Assembly: GCA_048213135.1 (NCBI GenBank)
Contig: PS015062.1
Coordinates: forward strand, 1-64,000
Direction of reading: 5' to 3'
Source of the DNA: Reclinomonas americana ATCC 50394
Taxonomy: Eukaryota
Length of the DNA: 64,000 nt
Shown: positions 12,101-25,900 of the stretch, in pieces
Layout: every line of letters begins with the position of its first letter
Position numbering within the stretch: position 1 is the stretch's first letter
Program-made: the position numbers and the translations under genes
The notes under the pieces: generated by a model
The model's input: only the letters and a program-made list of their open reading frames with translations
Told to the model about the DNA's origin: nothing
Database searches by the model: none

Positions 12101-13130
12101 ACTTCAACCAGCTGCTGCGCATCCTCACCACGCGATGCATGCAGCAAGCGGTGTACTTTTCTTCCGGCGACATCTCCAAGGACGAGTACTTCCACTACGG
12201 CCTCGCCACACCCATCTACACGCACTTCACCAGTCCGATTCGCCGCTACGCCGACGACATTGTGCATCGATTGTTGGCGGCGTCACTCGGCATCTCGCCT
12301 CTCACGGACCGATTGACAGACCGTGACCTCGTACGCGACATGGCCGCCAGTTGCGTTTCCCTGAGCGATGCACGAGGGAGAGAGAGAGAGAATGATGAAC
12401 AGTTGCTCACTGAACCTGTGCAGACATGAACTACCGGAATCGCATGGCGCAGTTCGCCGGGAGAGCGAGTGTCGAGCTGCACACGCTTCTCTTCTTCCGT
12501 GGCAAGCCACCAATTGTGGAGGACGCGTACATTACGCGCATCCGGGAGAATGCCGTGCTGGCACTGGTGCCGCGCTTCGGCATTGAGGCGCCGGTGTATG
12601 TGACGGATCGCGACGGCCACTCGCTGTTTGTCATGGACGAGTCGGCGCACTGTCTGCGGTCGGCACGTCTCGGCTGCACACTGGCCGTGTTTGCGCGCGT
12701 CCGCGTCTCCATTGCCGTGGAGACCGACCTGTCCACGCAGTCATCGCACGTGGTGGTGTCGTTGGTGGAGCCGTCGCTGACGGTGCCAAGAAAACGAGCA
12801 GTGGGAGGTGCGGCGGCGGCGGCGGCAGCAGGAAGTGTGGAGCCCATGCAGACCGACGAACGAAAGAAAGGAGACGAGAAGAAGAAGAAGAATCAGGACG
12901 ACGACAGCGACGAGGATGAGGAGGAGGAGGAGGAGGACGACGAGGATGGTGAGGATGCCGAGATGGTCGCCGTGAGCGAGAAGCGCAAGGGCGAACCGCC
13001 ACGAAAGCGACGCAAGCAGTCGCTGACCAGCTCCGACGCGCATCCACCAGGCAAGAAGACGGCGACGACGACGACGACGACGATGAAGAAGAAGACGAAG
13101 AGCAAGCAGGCAGGGAAGAAGGACAGATAA
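9190..13130 (+). CDS. DIS3: Exosome catalytic subunit RRP44/DIS3 (PIN + CSD + RNB + S1), 7 exons
   Basis: [81 protein letters not shown]-rich NLS-like tail. Confidence 0.97.
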
Positions 13131-13180
13131 AAGATTGCGGGAACGCGCGAGCACATTTGTCACAGGGTTTGCTTTCGCTA

Positions 13181-16100
13181 ATGAGCAGCAAGCAGTCACT
13201 TCTGTCGACGTTCTTCGCACGGTCGACAGCGGCTCCCGTGCGACCTGTGGCGCCACCTCCGGCTCCGCGAAGCGCACCGAAAAAGGCGTCACCAGTGGCC
13301 ACTCAGAAGACGAAGAAGCGCCCGCGCGATGCAAGCTCAGGCGATGCTGAGGAGGCCATGCAGCAGGAGCATGCAGTGATGGTCGTGGATGATGATGACG
13401 ACGATGCTCCTCCTCCGCCTGTCAATGAGGTGGAGGAGGAGGAGGATGATGATGATGAGCCAATGACGTCGGCTCCGCTGACACCAAGTGCGGGCGAGAG
13501 CAGGGCCAGTCCGCCACGCAAGCGTCGTAACACGCGAGTCTTGCTGGATGATGATGATGATGACGAGGATGGCGAGGATGGCGGGCGTGGTAGCGGATCC
13601 GGATCTGGAGGGATGCAAGTGGAAGCTCCTCGCGCGATGCGTCGTGAGGGGCTGTCGTGGAGTACCGATGCTCTGGCGGCAGCGCCGGCGAGTGTGGCAC
13701 CCAAGATGCCGGTGCCGAAGCGCGGTCGCTCGGCGGTCACGGCGACGAGTGGCGGGGCCAAGTTGACGCCGTTGGAGCAGCAGGTGATGGCGGTCAAGGA
13801 AAAGTACCCCGACGTGGTGCTGTTTGTCGAGTGCGGCTACCGCTATCGCTTCTTTGGCAAGGATGCCGAGGTGTGTTGGCATGGCGTGCACGCTCATCGA
13901 GAAGAGTGTGCATGGCTGAATGGTGCTTTGCAGATCGCGTCGGAGGTGCTGCAGATCATTGCCCATCCGGACCACAACTTCCTCACTGCGTCGGTGCCCA
14001 CTTACCGACTACCGTTCCATCTCCGTCGCATTGTGCAAGCGGGCTACAAGGCCGGCATTGTGAAGCAGCGGGAGACAGCGGTTCGTCAGTGTGTGTGTGA
14101 GGAAAGAGTTGTTCTCTTGAAGCATGCTGACTGATGCTTCTGTGTGTTTGTGTGCCGAGGCAGGCACTGAAAAAGGTCAGCGCCAGCAAGTCGCAGATTT
14201 TCGAGCGCCAGCTGACACAGCTCTACAGCATCTCCACCATGATTGGTGATGGTGTGCAAGGCGATTGCAGTGAATGGGTGTTGTGCTGGCCACTTCATTC
14301 ATCTCTGGTGTGTGCACAGATTTGATTGGCGACTCGGAGGTGAGCGTCACAGAGGTGCGCCCGCTGATGGCACTGTGGGAGGATCCCGAGACCGAGGGCT
14401 TGATTGACATCATTGTTGCGTGCAATGAAAGGTAGTGGAGATTGGAAGCGTCGCTGCTCACCGCCAGCTGCAGAGCATTCATCTGGAGAGCGGGCATGTC
14501 GAGTTTGACACGATTCGTGAGAGTACGTTGACAGTCGCAGCGTCGCCGATAGCCGCCAACCATCTCTCTTACTTGTCATCTCGCAGCATCGTCGGCCACG
14601 CGCCGTGAGCTGATCACACGCATCAGTCACATTCGACCGTCAGAGTTGCTCCTGCCGGCGTCGATGATGAGTGCGACGGTGCGTGTCGAATGTCGCTTTT
14701 GATTTGCCTCCTCCAACCTCGTCACATAACTGTCGTCGGATCGCAGACCGAAAAAGTGTTGTCACAAGTCTGTCGCAGTCACCTGGGCTGGCGCACGAAT
14801 CCCAACGCCGGTCGGCGACTGCAGTTCACCAGCACGGCCACGGCAGAGCCGGCGGCGGCTGAGGAAGGCGATGGCGGAGAGGAGGACGGAGGCGAGGCGA
14901 GTGGTTCGGGTGAGGCGGAGGAGTCGCCGAGTGGATCCTACGACACTGTGCGAGTGGAGCGCGTGGCCAATCGCTGTTGCGTGGTGTTCCTTGTGTGCCG
15001 TCAGAAGACAGTTGCTGAGTTGCGAATGGTGCAGTCAACGATCACGAGTCGGCACTGGAGCAGATTCAGTCATTTTTCGGCGACCACGGCATGGCGCATT
15101 TGCGCTCGGTGGCCGAGGAGGACGGTGGCATCGGCCTCACGCCTGGACTGTGCATCTGCCTCGCCAATCTTGTCGTGTACCTGGAGGATTATAAGCTGGA
15201 CGGCGCATTGCGCAATGTCGGCATGTATCGGCGGTGCGTGGTAACTTGGAGGGTTCATTCGCCCCCGTTGTTCATTTGGAGATTGCCCACTGTGCGTTGG
15301 CAGATTCGGGCGCGGTGACACGGTGCGATTGGACGCCTCCACTCTGCGAAACCTCGACATTGTGGTGCGAAGTGATCAAGTGAGCGTGTCGGAGGTCTCG
15401 GGCGCAGCAAAACCAGCACAGTACGACCGCGGTACACTGCTGTGGCTTCTCGATGCCACCAAGTCGTCGTTTGGCAAGAGGTCTTTTCGTCAGTGTGCGT
15501 GCGACTGCTGCGTGCATGCGCTGTTGTTTGACGTCTGTGCATCCCTGCAGGAAACTTCGTTCGTGGGTGTTGCATCCGCCGACGTCAATCGATGTGTGCC
15601 GACAGCGCCAGGGCGCAGTCACCTTCCTCATGCAGTCGGCATCGGCAGGTTTGTCGAGCTTGGTGTGCTTCTTATTGTGGTGTGTCAACTGAGTGTTATG
15701 CTGTGCAGATGTGCCGCAGCATGCGGGTCTGCGAGCGTCCGTCAGCGCGGCGTTGGCATTGTTGCACGGCTTGCCGGATCTGGAAAAGTTGGTAGCCAAG
15801 ATCCCTCACGGCAAATGTCTGCCAGTTGCGTACTCTCTCTCATCGTCACCCTCATTGTGACGTTGCCTGTTGGGGGTGCTGATTTTCCTCGCGAACAGAG
15901 CGAGCTCTTCAAGCTTTTTTCGACCGTCGTCAGTGTTGTCACTGCACTGGGTCCCGGTGCCGAGGTGTGTGCGACACGTTTGCAGTCTGTTGGCTTCAGT
16001 GTTGGTGATGTTGCTGACAGTTGTGTGGTGAGCAGAGAAACGCCGGTGAACAGGGCAGTGCTCTGCACGTGCGAGACATTCTGTACGGTCGCTTCAAGCT

Positions 16101-18187
16101 CGGCACAGTGCGCTCCGCCGTCGATACTCTCATGCATACCATGGACGCCGATGTTGCGTCCGTGCTGTCCACACCTCTTATCCGTTTTCATCTCACGTTC
16201 TCGTGCAGGCAGCACACAAGAACCAAAAGACTGCACTCTTCACGCCTGCGCTCGACATGTTTCCAGCCGTGGCACGCTGCATGGCCGATCGCCGTGCTGC
16301 CGAGGCGGCACTGGAGCGGGCACTGGACAAGGCTCGCGCCATTTTGCTGAAGCCGAAGCTCGAGTACACGACTGTCGGGCAGCTCGAGGTGAGTCTTTGT
16401 TGTTGTGCATGCTCGAATGTGACCAGTTTGTACTCACCGCATGTCACAGTATCTGCTCGAGGTGACGCCAACTGAGATGAAGAGTCGAATGCCCGACAAC
16501 TGGACGGTGATCAACAAGACGCAGCGCGTGCACCGCGTGCAGAGCCCCGACATTGTGACTCACCTGGATGCACTCAACCGTGCACGCGAATCGCTGACCC
16601 TGGAGTCCGACAAGGCCTACGAGTGCTTTTTGCGTGCCCTCGCCACTGGTTTGCTCGCACCCTTCTTGATGATGATCGGAAACTGTGGTTTCTCACGTGA
16701 TGTGCAGCGGTGGTGGACAAGAGCGGGCATGTGCATCTTGGCGGCCTGGCAGAGGGGGCCGTCGCTGACGGAGATGACGTGGACATGGAAAGTCAGCAGC
16801 AACACGAGGGTTTCTTGTCGCTGCTGTCGTTGTTGGTCGACGCGCTCGCCGAGTTGGACGCGCTGTCGGCGCTGGCGATTGTGTCGCAACGGCCTGGATA
16901 CTGCCGACCCACGTTCCTGGATGAACCGGGCAAGGTGCGAGGTGCTGGTCTCTTGTCACCACAGTTGTGACACTGACAACGATGATGCGCAGCTGGAGTT
17001 GGTCGATGTGAGGCACCCGATGGCCGAGGCCACCATGGACACACCCTTTGTGCCCAACACGGTGCGCTTGCAGGCAGCGACGGCGGCGGCGGCGGCGGGC
17101 GGCGGAGAAAGTGAAGCGACCGTACCATGTGCGCTGGTGATCACTGGACCCAACATGGGCGGCAAGAGCTGCTTGGTGCGCTCTGTGGCACTGGCGGTGC
17201 TCCTTGCACAGCTCGGCTGCTACGTTCCCGCCGAGTCCGCCACCCTTTCCGTCTTTGACGGCATCTACACTCGGTGCGTTTTGCTTTTTGTGCCTCTCGT
17301 TTCTCCCTCCATGTTCTCACTTGCACGCTAGCATGGGAGCCGGTGATGCCATCACGCAGGGTCGCAGCACTTTCATGGTGGAGTTGGAGGAGACGGCCAG
17401 CATTCTCCGCACGGCCACGAGGAGATCGCTGATCATTTTGGATGAGGTTTGTTGGAAAACGACATTCACTGATGGAGCGAGGCACGGTGTTCATCGCCAC
17501 TCTTTTTTTGGTACGACGCAGCTCGGTCGCGGCACGAGCACACACGATGGTGCGGCTATTGCGTACGCCACGTTGGAGCATGTGTTGCGACGAGTCGGTG
17601 CCTGCACCCTGTTCGTGACCCACTATCCTCTCGTGGGCCACCTGGAGACTCTGTACCCCGAACGGTGTCACACGGCGCACATGTTGTGCTTGACAGAATC
17701 GGTGGATGCCGAGGGCTCGGCAACGGACTCGGCGGCGCGTCAGTTGCGCAACCGCGCTCGCCTTTCATGTGTGTGGGAAGGTGGTCACTCACGCACTTGC
17801 GTTTACAGAGTGGTGACATTCCTGTACAAGCTGGATCGCGGCATTGCGCCGTCGAGTTACGGTCTCAATGTGGCCCGTCTTGCCGGCATTCCGCAGGCGG
17901 TGCTCGATCGTGCCGCCGAATTGGCTGCGCAGCTGCAGCAGCGAGTCGAGTCGAGTGCGGTGGAGTCGTCGGAGGCACACTTGCACCAATTCCGGCGGCT
18001 GGTGAGCGGGTTGAAGCAGCTGGTGTCCGTCGGCAATCGCCCTGAATTGGTACGTCGCGCCGTCAGTGAAGGGGAGAAAGAGTGGTGTTTCCATTCACTG
18101 ACTTGAATGCAGACGGACGCGGAGTGGAGGGCAGCGTGCCGGCAGTTCACTGCCGCTGGCGTGCTGATGGGTGACGGATCACAGTGA
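13181..18187 (+). CDS. MSH3: DNA mismatch repair protein MSH3 (about 19 exons)
   Basis: N-terminal PIP box QSLLSTFF; LTPLEQQV..VK.KYPD, VECGYRYRFFGKDAE (MSH3-type rather than MSH6 GKFYE); ITGPNMGGKS; STFMVEL; LDELGRGTSTHDG; FVTHY; SYGLNVARLA. Confidence 0.93.
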
Positions 18188-18210
18188 ACATTGCAATGCA
18201 TGTAATCAAC

Positions 18211-19812
18211 TCACGAGTCCCGTTCACTGCCCGTCAACTCGCGCATCTTTTGCACCACTCTACTGAGGAACACAGGCTGCTGTCGACGACTGGCCGAGGC
18301 AGCAGCGGCACTGCGTCCACGACCGCCGCCGGTCTTGCGATTGCCGGACCATGTGCGGAGCAGTCGTGCATTCTCGTTGTGGCGCCAGATGCGATCGTAG
18401 TCGATGCGGGGGCGCGATGGATCGCGAAAGAGTAGGTAACGTGCGGCCGACGAGTACACCGTCGCAGTGGCAGCCGCCTCTTCGCCAGCAGCTGCGGTGG
18501 CGGCCACCGCGCGTGACCGTCGCCGATTGGGTCTGACGAATAGCACCTCCGTCGCACCAGTCTCCATCCCCATGCTCTCCAAAAATCGATGCAGGTCCAC
18601 CTGCTCTCCCCACTCGGCCAGTGAGTAGGTGTCGAGGTGAAGACGGCGGCAACACAAACACACCGACTCTGGCATCGTGCCATCGATAATGTCTTCGTCG
18701 TCCTCCTCTCCCTCTTCGTCTTCCTCCTCCTCTTCGTCTTCGCTCATACAAACATTGCCGGCGTCGCTGCGATACCGTGCCGTCGGTTTCCGCGCACCAT
18801 ACTTTGAGCGTTGTTCCTGCAACCGCGCACGTGAGCATCAGCATCAACAGCAGAAGAGGAAAAAACCGACAGGCAGCGCACCGCTGTCGGGGTCCACGCC
18901 TGCAAAAACTGCGCCTGATCACGTGCATTCTCGTAGTCCTCGTGCCGCTCTCGACACCACTCCGCAGCGACCCACTGCACGGTGCTCATGGTCAGATCCG
19001 GATCGGCCGCACGCCGCCACATGGTCTCCGCCAGCGGCGTGGTCACCGTGACCTCGCGCGTCATGTACTGCGCACCAAACGACTCCCACAGCACCACATG
19101 CACCGCCGTCTGCGTCGACAGTGTGAGAGAATCGTCAAAACAACACGCTGGCAGCAAACAGCACCAACAACGCCGACCTCCAGTGGTGACAGCGAGTTGA
19201 GTGACTTTTGTTGTCGCCGTCGTCGCCTCCGCTGCACCACAGGAGGCGACGGAGACGCGGGTGGAGGTGTTGGTGATCTCGGTGGTGGAGGAGGAGGAGG
19301 AGGAGGAGAAGGAGGAGGAGGCGGCCGAGGCGCCGTCACTCGTCGCCTGCGCGTCACTTTCGGCAACGCAAGCGCCCTCGGCTTGCCCGCCTTCTCACTG
19401 CGTAAGTGACGCCGCTCCGCCGCCAACTCCGCTCGCGTCAACCGCTTCTCCCGCATCATAATGCTCGTGATGCTCGGTCGCCACGACTCCGACAGCGCTC
19501 CCATTAGCATTTGCGACAGGCGACGTCGATGATGCCGGCGACGCTCCTGCTGTGACTCTGTCACCTCCTCCTCCTCTTCTTCTGCCTCTTCTACCTCCTC
19601 TTCAGACTCGTGCTGCACAGTGGCACAGTGTCGCTTTTGTGGTGGCTCGTCGTCTGCTTCCGCAGATGCATTGCGCTTGCTCATCTGTCGAGCATATCTG
19701 CGCGCGTGGAGAGTGAGTCACGCTGCACTGACACAGAGGAGAACATACATGCACGCAACAGCTCCTCAAACGATGAGCGGATGATGCTGGCCAGTTGCGC
19801 CTGCTCCGCCAT
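18211..19812 (-). CDS. Hypothetical protein, probably nuclear (PPQKRH NLS-like motif, acidic and Pro tracts), 4 exons
   Basis: Frame-consistent splicing MAEQAQL...EEL|YARQMSKR...PLE|TAVHVV...PTA|EQRSKY...ERDS*. Confidence 0.65.
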
Positions 19813-19990
19813 CTCTCTCTGATGTGTCCCGTAAGTCCGTTTGCGTCTTTCTCAAGTCGTGCGAGAGAAAGCGAGGGTGTTAGCAACCGTCTGCTCTCAC
19901 AGACACTGTGCGCGCGAGTGCGTGTCTGATCACACACACATAGTCGACGACAACGCAAGCTGTGTGCGTGCGTGCGCGTGTGTGTGAGGA

Positions 19991-22900
19991 ATGTCGATCG
20001 CAGGTGACTGTTGAGCGATTTTGGCGCGCTGCTCTCTCTCTCTTTGTGACAGCACATTGCACAGCGAAATCGACGCTTGATCGTCTGCGCAACGAGGCAG
20101 CTGCTCTACGCGAGACGCTATCGCGCATTCAGCAGCCACCCGCATCGTCATCGCACAGTCTCGCGCTGTCAGTGTCCTCGTCGGCCTCCTCGTGGGCCTC
20201 CACTCCTCCTCAGACACCCGCTGCTCTGCCACTCGACTGTTCGCCGGTGGGACGCCTGCAGGCGGCGCTCGATGCCTCGTCGCTGACAGCAGGAGGCGGT
20301 TTGCGATGGAGTGGGGCGACTGATGGACTGCAGACGGCGTTCTCGGCGGATCTGGAGGCGGTGCTGTGGCGCGCTGCGGCCTCGTCGTACTCTTTTCGTG
20401 GGACCTCAGAGCAGGAGCAGGCAGAGGAGGTGCCAGAGTCGCCTCCTCCGCGGCCTCCTCCGCCACCAGCAGCACGGGTTGAGAACAACGACGATGATGA
20501 CGATCCAGAGATTGTCAACATGCGAGCGTCGGCGGCGCGGCAGTCGGCAGATGCACCGCTGGAGAGCATGTCGAAGCCGCCTCCGTCACCGCTGAGGGTG
20601 TTCTCGGGATCGATTGTGGTGACTCGACACGAGACGTCGCCGCGAAAGGTGTTTTCTGGGGCGCAGCAGCAGCAGCCGCCGCCTCTGTATCAGCCACCGC
20701 AGGCGCCGGAGCAGAGAGCGGTGCCTGTTGGTGACACGCAGCCAACGCAGCAGTCGACAACAACAGCTGCCGCACCGCCGGCGGGCGGGCTGCGAGCTGC
20801 GGTGGCCGCGTCGTCCGCACCCAAGCCGCGACCAAGCTCGGCGCCCAAGGCGAAACCGTCCGCGACACGAGCGCCTTCAGCAGCCGCGGCCACGGGAGGA
20901 GGAGGAGGAGGAGGTGGGAAGAAGGCCAAGGCAGCGCCTGCTCGTGAACCGCCGTCCAATGGTGTGCGTGTGACGCGGCACGAGCGTGAACTCATGCCGT
21001 CGGCCACTATCATGCCGGATCCCGATCCACTGCCCACCGCGGGCGGCTGGCAAGTGGACGAGAACAGGTCGCCGCCGCCCACCTCGCCTGTTCCGCCACC
21101 GCAGCAACGCCACGCAGGTGCACCGAATGCACCGCCGTGGCCCGTAGTCGGCCAGCCCAGTCGGCGTTCACGAACACCGGTGCGAGTCTCTGGCGACCAC
21201 AAGGACATTCACGAACGCGGTCCTCGTTGCGTGCTCTCTTCGTGACACCTCTCTCGTCTCCTTGTTACCTGTGCTCACCCAGTCTTTTCTTCTCAGCTGG
21301 CCAGCCACCACATTCGAGGCCAGGTCGCCCACAGTCGGCGCCACGGATGCCAGATGTGTTGCCACCGCCGCCGCGTGTGATTGTGCGACAGCCCACCATG
21401 CATCGCCCAGGCGTGCCGGGCGAGGAGCTGGGACGTGTGCGAGTACCCGGGCGGTGCGTTGCGCAGTGCGTTTTTTGATCGCGAGAGAATCCAGGCTGAC
21501 GTTTTGTCGTCGCGCAGTGCGAGCGGCGAGAAGAAAGCTGGAAAACCGGAGACGCCGCCAGCACCAGGCATCGAGGCGCGTGCTCGTCTGCGCACGCCGG
21601 CCTCGCGTCAAGTTCCCTCCTCACGCATGGTGCGGCCGCCGCCAGCCGATCCCGTTCCGGCGGGCACAAATCTGCGCGGCACGCTGACGCGTGAGTTCTC
21701 CCCGATGGCGGTGGCACGCGACACTCCGCCCGACCAAATCCGCTACCGCAATCCCCTGGCGACGCGACCACCCGCAGCCACTGTCGCAGCAACGGCGACG
21801 ACGACGACCACAGCCACCACCACCACCACCACCACCTCGTCCATCACCGCCGCCACCGCTCGGTCGACCATGAGCACACTCGCGGCGAGCACGGTGCGCA
21901 GCAGCATGGGAGCCGACGACCCACTGTTGGCCACTGCGCAGAGTCACTTTAGCGGTCTGGAGGCCACTGCCAATGCCGCGGCAGCAGCAGCGATTGCGCC
22001 GCTGGTGCCGTCTTCTTTACACGATCCAGTACCACCGGCACCACCAGCACCGCCACCAGCCCCACCAGAACAACCACAACCACTGCAGCGGCAACCGCTG
22101 CCACCGGCTGCCATCACGACCGAGACGCCCACGTCGACCTCCTCGCAGCAGCAGCGCATGATGCTGCCGGAGGAGTATCCGGTGCAGCCGCGCGAAAAGG
22201 CGCCTCACACGCAAGTGACTGTCATTCAGAACGGTGGGTCTTCGCGCCCGCCACCGTCTCCATCCGTCACTGTCGGCGGGCCAGGCGAGGTCACCAGTGG
22301 CGTATCACGAGTGGCAAGTGTGCGTGCAGAGGTCCCCACTGTGGCCGAGGCGTACGGAATCGGCAAGGCAGCACAGCAGCAGCAGCGGGGTTCATCACTG
22401 CAAGCTGGCTTGTATCCGCGCTCGTCGCTGGCCAACGATGGCGCACGCTTGCAACCCAGCATGCTGGCGAACACTGCCGGCAGTAGCAGTCGCCGTGGCA
22501 ACGATGATGACGGTGGTGGCAGCAGTAGCGATGATGAAGGCAAGCGCGGTCGGCGACGCAGCAGTGGAGGCGACAATGGACGCGATCGGCGACGACCGAG
22601 CAGTGCTCCGCGTCCGACGCGAAACGGCGAGCACACGGCGAACGGTGATCAACAGCAGCATGGCGACAATGATCGCGGTGGACGAGGCACGGTGATTATT
22701 CAGACTTTTGACTTGTCACCGAAGGACTTGGACTTGAAGATGCGCTTTGCACGCAAGCAGAGCGAAGCTCGTGAAGGTGCTGTGACCTTTTTTCCATGCT
22801 TTTCCCTCCCTTTTGTGTGACTGACTTTCTGCCGCACAGCTCGTCGCGAACGAAAACGACAGCGTCGCTCGTTGCAGTTTTCACAGGAGCAGTTTGCACA

Positions 22901-25900
22901 CCCGATGCTCGTGCCCATGGCGTACATGCCCACCATGGCCGGTGCCATGCCCATGGGAATGATGCCACTCGCGCCAACGGTATGACAGCGTCCACGTGAC
23001 AATGCTGCAAGAGCGTGTTTCTCACTCGATACATGCATGCACTGCAGGGTATTCGTCAGGGCGACACGCTGTCGGCCTCCATGGAGGACCTGCGCCGCAA
23101 CATTGACAGGGTTTGTCACTCGTTGTGAGCCGCGGCTGCTTGTACGTCGTCTCACTTCTCTCTCTCTCGCATCCCCCCCTTTGCAGATTCAGCAGCTGAC
23201 TCCCGACGGACACATGTATGGCGCCGATGGTCCCGATGACCTCGATGCACCGCCGGTGCCGCGCGATGTGTGGGAGGAGACGACGGAAAGTAGTTTGGAG
23301 GATCAAGTGACTCGCGACGCACCTGCCGCGGCTCAGCAACGCAAGTGAGTTTGCACACAACAACACACGAGTAGTCTTCTGTAATCAACTAAGTCTCTTT
23401 TGGATGGCAGGCGCTCCGTGGGCATGGAGCGCGTGGGTGAGGTTCCGGTGCGAGCGTCACCGTATGTGCACCGACTGAACTCGACGGTGGTTCGCTCGCC
23501 GTTGCTTCCGCGTCGTGCCGACACCTCCATGAACGACACCATCACTGCGGACGAGTCTGTCGATGAAACGACAAGGCGGTTCGTTGGCCACGTGATCACT
23601 CACCATCGATCGAGGGCAGCCACCACTCACCCGTACGCGCCGCGCAGAGAGCAACAGCGTCGTCGATCGTCTCAACACACGACAGATGCCGGCAAAGCGT
23701 CGACGGCGGGAGCCGGTGGAACGACGCGCTCGGACGGCGCCAAGACCGCCTCCATGCGATCGGCGCGAAGCACCTTGTCACACGGAACAGGAACAGGAAC
23801 AGGGCGTCAGGGCAAAATTGCTGCCTCGTCTCGTCGCAGCAATGGCAATGGCGGTGGTGGTGGTGGCGGCGGTAATGGTGGAGGTGGAGGTGGTGGTAAC
23901 GGGGGTGGAGGTGGTGGCGGTGGTGGCCACGGTGGTGACGGAGTCGATGGCAGGGGAGCGAGCGACGAGCTGGCGGCTAGCGGCAAGCATGCTGACGGTG
24001 AAGGCGGCAATGGTCGGCGAGCGACGTTTGACGAGAAAGACTTTGATGTGACGCCGGAGGGTCAGCAGTTGCACGAGGAGTTCCGTGGACTTATTGCGTC
24101 GGCTGAGTTGACAAAGAAGCGAGTTCGTGAGGCTGCCGCGTTGGCGCACAGCACACGGGCGCTGAAGGAGACCATTGCTGGACTGAACCAGGAGCTGTCG
24201 GATCAGCTGAATGAGGTGGCGCCGAGTGTGCACTCGCGGCTTGAGACGCTCTCTCGTGACGTGACGTCCGGCTTTCCCTCGTTTACGCCTCCCACTGGGG
24301 CACCAAAGGTGCGTTTCCCCGCTCGCTCCATTTCGATGGCATAGCAGCTCACAAGGACTCGTGACGCAGTGGCGTGAGGATGTGTCGCTGGAGAACACAT
24401 TCCGCAATCTCGATCCGCAAGCACTGGACGTTGCGTGATGGCGAACTGCATGCTTTAAAGACAACGCAACTCAATGGTGGGTGGCACAGGCACTCGGTCG
24501 GCAAGCCGACAAGCACTTTGAGTATTCCACTTTGTTGCACCAGCTGGACAGTGTGTCGCGTGACACGGCGCGTGCGCTGCAAGATGCGCGTGAGCTGGCG
24601 CTGCAGATGAAAGGTTACACACATGCAAGCGTATCAAGTCTCCTCCTGTCCGTGTGCACTCATCACCTGACTGCGCGCAGAGGAGTCCGCTCCCAAGGAC
24701 TGGCTGCCGGACCTCGCCACCGATCTCACCAAGTTCTTTGACCAGCTGCCTGCTTCGCAGTGCCCGGTGGCACCGGTGAGCGATGTTGAAACCCTGCACG
24801 AACAGCAGCAGTGCACTCACCTCGCCACCTGCGACACAGCCACTGGTTCGCCCCGAGGCCGCCATCTTTGAGGTGTACTCGAAGACTGAGCTGTTTGATG
24901 TGGCCGAGTTCATTCGAGCGCGTCGAGAGCATCGACAAAAGCCGGTGTGTGAGAACTGACTGCGTGCACGTCGCCCCACCTTTACCTCACTGTGCCCGTG
25001 CAGCTGCGACGAGAGACCCCGATGCAGACGTTGGAGACGATTCGCGACATTGGCATCAACACGCAAGCGCCATACATGAAGGTCCACGATCTGGATCAGC
25101 GCGACTCGTGGGCCGATCGCATACCAACCGCCGAGCCATTCAGGCCGCAATCATCACCACAGCGGCCACTGGAGGTCGATGTGCAAACACTCGACGACCG
25201 ATTCGACACGCACACCCAGACAACTCCGTCACGGGGAAGCGGTCGAGGTGAGCAATGTTGTCGTGTGCTTGTGCAGAAAGGTGAAAAACTCCCGTGCTTA
25301 TCTCCCTACCCTACAGTGCTCTTCGACATGCAAACATCGACCGACGAGTCGGGACGACCGTCACCACTGGCGCTCGACGTCGGTGCACAGACATCTCCGT
25401 TCCGAGCTGCCTCTGTCGCCTCGCCTCCGGTGTGTGGTCTTTCTCTCGTCTGTGTGTTCTCGCGCTCCTCCGCTGTTCTGATGTCGAGTTCCGTCGCAGC
25501 CTCGTCGACCTCCGCCGGCACCAGCACTCATCGCAGTGGCCGATCCCGGTCGCGACGAGGTTTGTACACATCACTATGACGCTGCTGTCGTCACCTCGAT
25601 TCTCATTTCTCTTTGCAGGAGATTGCCCGCGTCAGTCGCCGTGCACCGGTGAGCTGCTTTTAAGAACTCGCTTTCGTTGTCAATGGATGCTCACGGTTGG
25701 ACGCGTGTGTGTGTGTGTGTGTGTGCGTATTGCAGGCTGGCCAGTTGCAGCGCCACAAGGAGCAAGTGAGCACCGATCGTTTCGTGTTGCGAGACGCTCT
25801 GCGGCCGATGGAAACACAGGTGGTCTGCGAGTTGATTCGGTGCGTTGCTTTCCGCTGTGCGACACTTCACGCATGATGCTGACTTGTTGTATACCATCCA

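Noticed and set aside
19878-19887. RFX X-box-like half site GTTAGCAAC upstream of the giant gene
   Set aside because: Only a half site, single occurrence, and not seen upstream of DRC1.
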